This document shows positions 21,602-30,226 of a DNA stretch of 64,000 nt, in pieces. Source of the DNA: a virus (Duplodnaviria; Heunggongvirae; Uroviricota; Caudoviricetes). Positions within the stretch are counted from its first letter, which is position 1. Each line of letters starts with the position of its first letter. The stretch lies in IMG/VR virus record IMGVR_UViG_3300032046_004423, positions 31,358 through 95,357 of that record. One strand, 5' to 3'. Position numbers and translations under genes: made by a program. A model generated the notes under the pieces. The model saw only the letters and a list, made by a program, of their open reading frames with translations. It did no database searches and was not told the origin of the DNA.

Positions 21602-22237
21602 ATGATAGGTCCATTAGATGAAAAGCCTCAAGACAAAGAGACTCCTGATGAAATTCCTTTAGGAGAGGAGTCTTCTGAGGAAGAGCCTTCTGGGGAGGAA
21701 GGCGACGAAGAACTAACCCCTGAGGAGTTAGCTGCCAGGGAAAGACTAGCAAAAGAAAAGCCTTTTGAGGGAGCAGAGGAAGAAAAACCAGTTAAGAAAA
21801 AGTGGCACTTCCCCAAGGGTATAGGGTTGATTGCACTCATTATGCTCCTAGTAATAGGTGGTGTAGTTGCTGCTAGCAGTCTTCTCCTTAGGCACGGAAC
21901 AGCTCCAATAGTAGTGCAGGAGGCTATAGATGTAGAGTATCAGTATCCTAGTCAAAGTTGGTCTAAGTTTAGTAATGGGACAGTGCTAAGTATTGCTAGT
22001 GTTTTTCCAGGGGACAGCGTAACCATACCTTTTAAGATTACCAACTATAGTACTACAAGCTGGACTGTAAGACTTGATACTATAAATCCTAGCAGTATTA
22101 CTGTTACAGGTAGCTGGCTCGGTGCAGGACTCTTAGTCCAAGGTAGCCAAATAGTAACAAGTAATATAGTTATAACAGTAGAAAAAAGTGCTACTGCAGG
22201 AATAGCTACTGTAGAGCTAGATTGGTATAGAGTCTAA
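21602..22237 (+). CDS. membrane-anchored surface protein (acidic N-terminus, one TM, Ig-like sequon-rich ectodomain)
   Basis: E/P/S-rich N-terminus, TM GIGLIALIMLLVIGGVVAASSLLL, then a beta-rich domain with NGT, NYS and NPS. Confidence 0.5.
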   Translation: MIGPLDEKPQDKETPDEIPLGEESSEEEPSGEEGDEELTPEELAARERLAKEKPFEGAEEEKPVKKKWHFPKGIGLIALIMLLVIGGVVAASSLLLRHGTAPIVVQEAIDVEYQYPSQSWSKFSNGTVLSIASVFPGDSVTIPFKITNYSTTSWTVRLDTINPSSITVTGSWLGAGLLVQGSQIVTSNIVITVEKSATAGIATVELDWYRV

Positions 22238-22500
22238 AGATGAAGAGTGGAAGTTACGTATCCAATCGAGCTAGGTGTAAAGAGCTAGCTGACTGGTTGC
22301 AAGCCAAAGACTTGCATAGCGTCAGTGATGAAGATATGGATTTACTAGATTACTTCTTAGCTAAAATAACTGATGGCCTACCAATTCTTACACCAGAATC
22401 TCTCTCTATCTATGGTTCTGCTTCCTATATGGTAGGCTATAAGAAGGGCTATGAGGTTAAAGGCCTGGAAGTTCTAGTAAGTAAATAGTAAAATTCTATG

Positions 22501-22587
22501 ATGCTTGGGAGCAAGATGTAGTAGACCCTTTGCGTGTCATGGGTGCCTCCAGGTTAACCTCCTTAGAGTCATCTTGCTCCCAAGTAT
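22501..22587 (+). promoter_or_regulatory. 19-bp-stem hairpin immediately after a CDS stop (terminator or RNA operator)
   Basis: atgcttgggagcaagatg (22501-22518) pairs with catcttgctcccaagtat (22570-22587), including one G.U. The loop is 51 nt. No T-run follows. Confidence 0.35.
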
Positions 22588-23551
22588 TATAGAAATACAA
22601 AGGAGGTAAGAATGAGCAAAAAGATATCAGGCTATGAGAGCAAATAGGAGGAGAGAGGAGGTGACTATTTGAAATGATTAACGAAGAGAGAATAAAGTTG
22701 ACTTCCAAAGGATATGCTTACACACGAAGTAAGCATCGGATTCAATATCCTTATTACTTGCTCAAATATTGGCGACTAATGCTCGAAGCGAAGCTAAAGG
22801 ATTTTAGAAGGAGGTAAAAATGTTCATAGCCGTAGAAGGTGGTAATTACTGGAGTGCAGAGGAAAAGTTTGTAAAGGAGTTCAGAGATGAAGTGAAGTCT
22901 AGAGGTAGTAGCCTATCGCTTGTGAAAAACCCTGAGGAGTTCCTTGAGTATATGTCATCTGAGCACACGTATGTTAATTTCCTATTTGCCGAAGGTATTC
23001 TATCCTTGATAGATTGTAGGTCTTCGATGGCAAAGGAGAATAGGGATGCAGCATATTGGTTCAGTGAGCACCGGAAAGTTGAGAATGAGCACGTTGTCCT
23101 GAGTGACATCTTTGAGGTGCCCTTTATTGACCTAAGGATAAGAAGGCTGATAACTCACAGAATACGTGTGCTTGATGCCAAAGGCGATGTACGCTACAGA
23201 GTTGTGAGTTTGCACATCGGACGAGTTGTAGTAGGCAAGTTAGGTGAGGGAACCATTCTGGAAGCAATTAAGGAGTCTGATAGACCCCTTACTCCTGAGG
23301 AGATTGAACAGCAAAATAAAGCCTATGAGCAGGCAGTGGTAGATGACGAATGAAAAGAATAGTTAGATTTTGCTTCAACTACTTTTACTGGATAAGCTAG
23401 ATTGCCTTGCTGCTCGTAATAGCAATAGCTGTACCTTATTCTCTGCGGGATACTGTTACCCACTGGTGGCATTTCTCTCTAGTTTTTATTGGCATCTTTA
23501 TTGCTGTTCTAGGTATTGGAATCGGCTTTTATGCACTAAGAGATTGGACTT

Positions 23552-23905
23552 TTGAGGATGATAACAATGAAAGCAACAGTAGTAAAAAGAATTAGTTTTG
23601 ATGCAGCTCACTTCCTACCAGATTACCCTGGTAAGTGCAAGAATCTCCACGGGCATCACTTTGTGGTTGAAGTGGGAGTTTCCGGAGGAGTAGAGGAAGA
23701 TGGTATGGTCATTGACTTTGGGCAGTTAAAGGAGTTTTTACAGCCTATTATAGATAAATTTGACCACCACCTGATAAATGACACAATTAAGAACCCAACT
23801 GCAGAGAATATTGCTATTTACATTAAAGATAGGTTAGGGGTAGATAAAAAGATAGAGTTCATCCGTGTATGGGAGACGGAAGATTCTTATGCGGAGGTAA
23901 GATAA
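23552..23905 (+). CDS. queD: 6-carboxy-5,6,7,8-tetrahydropterin synthase QueD
   Basis: RISFDAAHFLPDYPGKCKNLHGHHF (Cx5HGH zinc site), IDFGQLKE and DHHLIND align with E. coli QueD. Confidence 0.85.
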   Translation: MRMITMKATVVKRISFDAAHFLPDYPGKCKNLHGHHFVVEVGVSGGVEEDGMVIDFGQLKEFLQPIIDKFDHHLINDTIKNPTAENIAIYIKDRLGVDKKIEFIRVWETEDSYAEVR

Positions 23906-24212
23906 TGCGTTACATTCATACTAAGTGTGGTGGGGAAATTGATGTTAAGAAGCAGCAGTGTACTCGCTGTAAGAAGAAGTGGTCTCCTATCTCCTTTAGA
24001 CTTGACCCTTATGGGATTCGACCTATGCTGGATAGGAAAGGTAGAGTAATGCCTGATAGAGTCAAACCAAAACAGCAGGTAAAGTCCTATGCAGATTGGG
24101 GCGAAGTATTTGTAAACAAGTTGCCTAACTGGCCAAGATGGGCTAGAATATTGACAGCTGTTGTGCTTTTAGCAATAGCTATAGTAATAATTCTTTATGT
24201 AAGGAGGGTCAT

Positions 24213-24335
24213 ATGAAGAAGTTACCCCAAATTAGAGTTGGGTTTGGTACTCTACTTAAAGTTATTTTAGTAGCAATAGCTGTGGGAATAGTCGTAGCTA
24301 TAGTTATTTCAGTAAAGCTTGCTTTAGGGGGGTGA
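24213..24335 (+). CDS. small hydrophobic peptide (40 aa), first of a tandem pair
   Basis: MKKLPQIRVGFGTLLKVILVAIAVGIVVAIVISVKLALGG. Below the ORF-track cut-off, with an RBS aaggaggg upstream. Confidence 0.3.
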   Translation: MKKLPQIRVGFGTLLKVILVAIAVGIVVAIVISVKLALGG

Positions 24336-24336
24336 T

Positions 24337-24420
24337 ATGAAAGTTTTTCTAAAAGTAATTTTCGCTGTAGGACTAGTAATACTTTTAGCAATAATCTTTA
24401 CTATAGTAAGGGGGTGTTAA
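24337..24420 (+). CDS. small hydrophobic peptide (27 aa), second of the pair
   Basis: MKVFLKVIFAVGLVILLAIIFTIVRGC. Confidence 0.25.
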   Translation: MKVFLKVIFAVGLVILLAIIFTIVRGC

Positions 24421-24713
24421 TGTAGCACGGTTTTTGTATTAGTATAGATTAAAAAAGGAGGTTTAAATGTTTAAGGTATTAGCTTCTAGGGTAGTAGTCT
24501 TCGCACTTGCTTGTCTCTGGGTTTTTGGGTTGATTTTAGTAGGAATAGCTCTCTATCCAGCCTTTCAATCTAGTATGGAGAGTATTATTGGTCAGACCTG
24601 GCTAATCACTGCCTCACTAGTATGGTACGTTACTACACTAGTACTGATAGGTATACTAGTAGCAGTGAGAGGCTTTAGATTTGTAGGCAAGTGGGAAAAA
24701 GAAAGTAAAAGTA

Positions 24714-26561
24714 ATGAAGATTAGTCTAGCTGAGCTCCCTTTTTACAGTATCCAAGGAGAAGGTGTATACCAAGGAATACCGACTACCTTTGTAAGACTA
24801 CAGGGGTGTAATCTACTAACTCACTGCAGCTGGTGTCTGGTTGATGGTTTAGTTACATATTCTAATAAAGTAGGCAGTGATATTAGTAGGGTTAAGATAG
24901 GTGATAGATTATTAGCTTGCAGCAACCAGGATGAGGTTACAGAAACTGTAGTAACTCAAGTTTTTTCTAGAGAAGTTGAGAACTATTTACTACTAGTCCT
25001 CCCGGAGGGTAGTTCTAGATTTGACCGGGAAAGGTTACTGAGAGTAACTCCCGAGCACCCCGTTATGACTACTCATAGCTGGAAGAGGGCAGAGGAATTA
25101 GTTCCAGGAGATGAGTTATACTATTTATCTGTAGCTCATCAGAATTCAGTAAGAATGACTCTTCACAATCCTCTGTTTAATCCCGAAGTAGTTTCTAAAA
25201 AAATGAGGTCAACTAACTATGAAGAGATAGGCAGGAAGATTTCTAAAGCTAGACTAGCTTTCACTCCAGAGGAGTGGGATGAGATAAATGAGAAAATGCT
25301 AAGCTCTAGAATGGGAGATAGTCCGGAAGCCTCACTCAAGAGGTTTGAGAGTGATACACTGGAATGGAAGCAAGCAAGGGATAGTTTATTTGAGAAGTTT
25401 AAGCAGAGAAAGCATAAGCTGGAACGCTTAGTGGATTGGAGGAAGTTAGCTGGTATGCAGGAAGGGTTATACGATAGTAGTGGAAGAAGGGTATTCTCAG
25501 AAGAGCATAAAAGGGCAATCTCAGAGGTTAAGAGTGAGAATCCTACTAGGCTCTTCGGTAGTGACAATCCGAACTGGCAAGGAGGAATTTCCTCCTATAG
25601 TAGGTGGACATCCAGATTGGAGAGAGAGGCAGTTTATGAAATCCTAACTGGGAGGGATGGGGAGATATGCCAAGCTGAAAGCTGTAATAATAAAACTGAC
25701 TTAGTTATTCACCATGAGGATTTTGATATAACCAATGACTCTGATAATAACTTAGTACTACTCTGCAGGTCTTGTAACAGTTCGGTTAATCATGGAAGAT
25801 ACCCTCTTAAACTAAAGTCCGGGAAAGTTTGCCCTATTCTAGCCGTGAAGAATGGACTACCGATAGTAGAGATTAGGAAAATTAGCAAAAAGGTGAGGGT
25901 ATATAACCTGCATTGCGAGCCTTATAATAACTACTTCGTTAATGGTATCCTATGCCACAACTGTGATACTGCTTACGCCCAAAATGGTAGTAAAGGTATC
26001 TTAATGGAAGTAGAAGATGTGCTCAGTCAGTGTGCTAAGCTAGAGGGAAGGACGTTTAAGCACTGGGTATGTATTACTGGTGGGGAGCCTCTATTTCAGC
26101 CTGAGGCTCTCCATGAGCTAGTTAAAGGACTAAGAAGGTATGGATTCAGAGTTGAGATAGAAACAAACGGAACCATTTCTAAACCCTATTGGTGGACTCT
26201 AGCTAACTGTTGGGTAGTAGACATTAAATGTCCCAGTTCTGGAGTATGTGGAGCTAGTTTGGTTGAGTGGTTTAACTCAAGGGTAGATGACCAGATAAAA
26301 TTTGTTGTTGGTAGCAAAGAAGATTTAAACTTCGCTAAAGCTATGATTATGAAGAATATAGCTAGAAATCCAGTAGTTCTAGTTAGCCCAGTTATTATAC
26401 TTGGAAAATCCACCAAAATACTAACTATTGATAGCCAGGAGTACCAAGACCAGTTTGGAATGTTGTGGATGCAGGAAGTAGTTGAATTTTGTAAAGAATT
26501 AAAGGTAAGATTTAGTTTGCAAGTACATAAAGTTGTATACGGTAACAAAAAGGGAGTATAG
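24714..26561 (+). CDS. queE: 7-carboxy-7-deazaguanine synthase QueE (radical SAM) interrupted by an intein
   Basis: Exteins [30 protein letters not shown] + CDTAYAQ...WVCITGGEP...VVYGNKKGV align with B. subtilis QueE (GCDYSCSWCDSAF...LLWGNKRGV). The spliced product would be about 239 aa. Confidence 0.85.
   Translation: [615 protein letters not shown]
24834..25961 (+). mobile_element. Intein (376 aa) with an HNH homing-endonuclease domain, inserted before the third cluster-ligand Cys of QueE
   Basis: Starts with C (CLVDGLVTY, block A). Block B is [10 protein letters not shown]. The HNH motif is [29 protein letters not shown]. It ends NGILCHN followed by +1 Cys (CDT). Confidence 0.75.
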
Positions 26562-26591
26562 TAGTAGTATTTGCAGATAGGATAGGGTAGC

Positions 26592-27029
26592 ATGGATATT
26601 TTCTTTTGGACTAGGCATGATGAGCATGGTTACTGCTCCAACTTTTATGGGTCTCCTATTGAGGTAAATGGGAAAACTTATCCTACCGTTGAGCATTTCT
26701 ACCAAGCAAGTAAAACTCTAGTTCCCGAGGAGAAAGAGATGATTAAAAACCTACCTACTCCAAAGGAGGCAAAGTTTGCTGGATATCATGTAACCCTTAG
26801 ACCTTACTGGGATGATATTAAGTACAACATAATGCTAGTAGGCTTGAGAGCAAAATTTACTCAGCATGAGGACTTAAGGATGAAGCTACTCAGTACTGGT
26901 AGTTCTATACTGCACGAGAATAGCCCCTGGGATATATACTGGGGTTATGCAAAAGGGAAAGGATTGGATATGCTTGGTAAAGCCCTAATGCAGGTAAGAT
27001 ATGAATTACAGGAAAGAGGGAAGATATAA
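26592..27029 (+). CDS. NADAR domain protein (YbiA-like N-glycosidase / guanine ADP-ribose hydrolase family)
   Basis: FFWTRHDEHGYCSNFYGSPIEVNGKTYPTVEHFYQASK ... LRAKFTQHEDLRMKLLSTG ... SPWDIYWGYA matches the NADAR/DUF1768 pattern. Confidence 0.7.
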   Translation: MDIFFWTRHDEHGYCSNFYGSPIEVNGKTYPTVEHFYQASKTLVPEEKEMIKNLPTPKEAKFAGYHVTLRPYWDDIKYNIMLVGLRAKFTQHEDLRMKLLSTGSSILHENSPWDIYWGYAKGKGLDMLGKALMQVRYELQERGKI

Positions 27030-27351
27030 TGGATACTTATAGTTGGGATACTAAGAGGTGTATTAGATATGGTGAAAACTTCACGGGGGAAGAGCATCCT
27101 TGCTACTGGTGTGGTCTTCCTTTGACCGACATGCTTAATCTTTCTTTTTGTAGTAAGTGTGGTGGGGTACACTGCCCTCATTGTGGGGGTTGTTGGTGTA
27201 ATGTTAGCAAAGAAAAGTTTGATGCTTTGAAGAAGTTGAGGAATAAGTACTGCTGCACTAGATATCACTTTATGAGAGGAATAGAGGATAAAGACAAACA
27301 GTTACTAGACTTAGTTCCCGGGTTTAGTAAAGCTCTAGACTACTGCAGAAG

Positions 27352-27750
27352 ATGGAAAGGAGTTATAATATGAGTCAGGATTGGTACCAAGACATAGTTG
27401 ATTTTCATAATGAGGTTATGGGTGATAGTTTCCCTCCACACCCCCGTGCTGCTCCTTTTAACTATAGTAACTTGAGATATAATTTAATTAAAGAGGAGAT
27501 GGGGGAAGTCCTTAGGGCAATACTACAAAATGATGTAGTAGGGGTAGCAGATGGTATAGCTGACTCAATTGTAGTTCTGCTTGGTACTGCTGTAACTTAT
27601 GGGATTGATATACGACCAGTATGGGATGAAGTACATAGAACCAATATGGCTAAAAAGGGTGGTAAGTTAAGAGAGGACGGTAAGATGCTAAAACAAAAAG
27701 GTTGGGAGTCACCTGACGTAATAGGAATATTAAGGAGGCAAGGTCTATGA
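27352..27750 (+). CDS. MazG-like all-alpha NTP pyrophosphohydrolase
   Basis: LIKEEMGEVLRAI and GVADGIADSIVVLLG are the EExGE and D..D metal-binding helices. Confidence 0.45.
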   Translation: MERSYNMSQDWYQDIVDFHNEVMGDSFPPHPRAAPFNYSNLRYNLIKEEMGEVLRAILQNDVVGVADGIADSIVVLLGTAVTYGIDIRPVWDEVHRTNMAKKGGKLREDGKMLKQKGWESPDVIGILRRQGL

Positions 27751-27955
27751 AGGTTAAATATCAAGGGGAAGAAGTTGAGGCAGTTGAGGTTGAAGTCTTA
27801 ACGAGTCACGAACCTTGGAGTGAGTTCCAGTTAGCTGATAGTCATGTACTGATGTTTAAGGAAGTACTCGTTACAGTATATAGGATTGAGGGCAAAACTA
27901 ATCCTGATGGGACCCCGGTTTACCAGTTTCAAACTACTAAAGTTGTAAAGATAAA

Positions 27956-28495
27956 GTGAGACTGAAGTTTTTCCCCAATATGAAGCTAACCATTGAGCCG
28001 ATTCCAGAAAGTACTTGGGGAGTTAGTTTAGCTAACTTATTACCTCCCCCGGTTTGGAATGACCTAAGAAAGGAAGTCTATGAGGGGTTTAACTACGCCT
28101 GTGCTATCTGTAAGTCAGCTGATAAGCAGTTACATTGCCACGAGAGATGGGGCTTTGATGATAAAGCAAGAATACAAAGATTACTAGGTTTCCAGTGTTT
28201 ATGTGTTGACTGCCATAACATAAAGCACTGGGGAAGAACAGTAGCAGAGGCACATCGTAATGGGGATTCCGAAATCCTTATAAGGTTGACTAAGCACTTC
28301 TGTAATGTAAACGGTTGTACCACCTCTGCTTTCACACTCTATAAAGTTGAGATTGGTAACATAATGCAGAAGAGAAACAGGTACAAGTATAAGGTAGATT
28401 TTGGTAAGTTTAGACCAGATTTAGTTGAGGAGATTTGGAAACGGCAGAGAAGGACTAAGACACATGGAAAAGAAGAGTCGCCCCAAGATTACTAG
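27956..28495 (+). CDS. HNH endonuclease
   Basis: CAICKS...LHCHERWGFDDKARIQRLLGFQCLCVDCHNIKH is an HNH core with two CxxC pairs. Confidence 0.55.
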   Translation: MRLKFFPNMKLTIEPIPESTWGVSLANLLPPPVWNDLRKEVYEGFNYACAICKSADKQLHCHERWGFDDKARIQRLLGFQCLCVDCHNIKHWGRTVAEAHRNGDSEILIRLTKHFCNVNGCTTSAFTLYKVEIGNIMQKRNRYKYKVDFGKFRPDLVEEIWKRQRRTKTHGKEESPQDY

Positions 28496-28832
28496 AGGAG
28501 AGACTCATAGAGTTACCACTGGATGTGGTGGACTATATATTACTCCTTGCTGGGATCCGGATGATGGGGCTCTAGTCGAAGTATTTGCTGTACTTGGTAG
28601 GACTGGTGGCTGTGCCCACTGCCAGTTAGAAGCTATAACTAGAGCAGTCTCATTAGGATTAAAATACGGTATTCCGGTTAGTGAATACACTGATGAGCTA
28701 AGAGGCCTAAGATGCCCCAAATCAGCATGGGAAAGTGGTGAGCATATACTGAGTTGCCCGGATGCAATAGCGAAAATATTGGAAAAGACAAAAGGGGGAC
28801 GGGATGCAAGTAGGGATAATAGTACCCATTAA
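28464..28832 (+). CDS. stand-alone TSCPD domain protein
   Basis: TTGCGGLYITPCWD...GGCAHCQLEAITRAVSL...RCPKSAWESGEHILSCPDAIAKIL includes the eponymous SCPD motif. The start was chosen at the internal MEKKSR. Confidence 0.5.
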   Translation: MEKKSRPKITRGETHRVTTGCGGLYITPCWDPDDGALVEVFAVLGRTGGCAHCQLEAITRAVSLGLKYGIPVSEYTDELRGLRCPKSAWESGEHILSCPDAIAKILEKTKGGRDASRDNSTH

Positions 28833-29490
28833 GTATCTTAATCTTAGTACTACAAAACTACATTTATGCTATACTACTTTGCTCTCAAACAAGACTTATC
28901 TCAACTTTTATAAAGATAGGGAAGGAACCGTTATACTTGACTATTCCCCAGGACTACCAAGGAGGCCAGACTTAGATAAGCTACTAGTTAGTATCAAGCT
29001 GATAAAACCATCCCTAGTAGTCCTTCCCAGTATTGACTACTCATCCAATAGGACAATATCCTTAGCTGGAGATTTTATAAGGCTAAGCAAGTTCAAAAAG
29101 TTAATTGGTGTAGTACAAGGATTAGACTTGGACACTCTTAATGAGTGCTATAGTTTTCTAAGAAATCATTGTGGTATTATCGGTTTGCCCAGCCCACTGG
29201 AAACTATTGCTAGACGAGATGAGATTATAAGAGACTTAGGAATCAAAGAGAAGATACTCTACTTAGAAGTTTATTCTAATCCTTATGAGGAGATACCCCC
29301 ACCTAACTCGTTTGGCATTTGCACATCCTTTCCAGCTAGGCTAGCAGCTGACCTAAGGAAGTTAACTGAATATACTCCTACACCATCCTCGCTGGATTTT
29401 TATAAGGATAGTCTGGTAGAAAAACTAGTTAAAGCCAATATAGAAGGATATTTAGATGTAGTTAAGTATAGCTGCGGAGCAAAGGGCTAA
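28804..29490 (+). CDS. second minimal TGT/DpdA-like paralog (possibly lacking the nucleophile Asp)
   Basis: It aligns with the 6682 ORF: VILDYSPG, VVLPSIDY, IGVVQG, GIIGLPSP. At the position of KSIDTGSP it has NSFGICTSFP with no Asp. Confidence 0.4.
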   Translation: MQVGIIVPIKYLNLSTTKLHLCYTTLLSNKTYLNFYKDREGTVILDYSPGLPRRPDLDKLLVSIKLIKPSLVVLPSIDYSSNRTISLAGDFIRLSKFKKLIGVVQGLDLDTLNECYSFLRNHCGIIGLPSPLETIARRDEIIRDLGIKEKILYLEVYSNPYEEIPPPNSFGICTSFPARLAADLRKLTEYTPTPSSLDFYKDSLVEKLVKANIEGYLDVVKYSCGAKG

Positions 29491-29512
29491 GGAAGGTAAA
29501 GGAGTAACTATA

Positions 29513-30226
29513 ATGATAAGTAAAAGTTTATGTCTATGCAGCGGTGGCCTAGACTCATCCCTGGTCCTACTTAAACTTTTAGAATCTAACCTTGAGGTTA
29601 CACCTTTCTATGTTGACTATAATCATTGGTCTACTGAGGGAGAGCTATCTACACTAAAGGATTTCATTTCTTGGATTAGACAACATAAACTAAGTAGGAG
29701 TCATCTAGTTAATGGTAGCCTCGCCGACCTGGTAATAGTAAAAGCAGACTTAGGTCTGCGTATTGGTGGAGTTTGGGGTAGGAGTATAGCTCTTGTTGGT
29801 CTTGCTTCTATGTGGGCATTTACTCATGGTAATGACTATAGTTATATAGCTATGGGTAGTCATAAGGGAGATATATGTCCTGACTGTAGGCCTGGTCTTT
29901 TTGATATGGAGTTAGATGCAGTCCTTAAAGAGGCTACTGAAAGTAAACTTAGTCTGTTTCTACCAATTAGAAATTATTCCATTGAGGAGATAGGAGTAGA
30001 ACTTTTAGGTGGTAAGTATGAAGTACCATACGAATTAGCATATAGTTGTTACTGGTATCCACCATGTGGTTATAAAAGCAAGAATGAAACTTATAGATGC
30101 CCAGGATGTAGAAGAAAAGTAATAGCAATGAAAGCAGCTAGTATAGAAGACCCTGCTAAGCTAGATTTACCCAACTGTAAGGAAAGATCTTACTATCCCG
30201 GGAGTGCAGAAAGGACGGTTTACTAG
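29513..30226 (+). CDS. QueC-like PP-loop ATPase paralog
   Basis: LCSGGLDSS, HKGDICPDCRPGLFD (cf. DYSGYPDCR), AYSCYW (cf. TWSCY) and CPGCRRK (cf. CGxCxxC). It diverges from the 3525 QueC. Confidence 0.6.
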   Translation: MISKSLCLCSGGLDSSLVLLKLLESNLEVTPFYVDYNHWSTEGELSTLKDFISWIRQHKLSRSHLVNGSLADLVIVKADLGLRIGGVWGRSIALVGLASMWAFTHGNDYSYIAMGSHKGDICPDCRPGLFDMELDAVLKEATESKLSLFLPIRNYSIEEIGVELLGGKYEVPYELAYSCYWYPPCGYKSKNETYRCPGCRRKVIAMKAASIEDPAKLDLPNCKERSYYPGSAERTVY

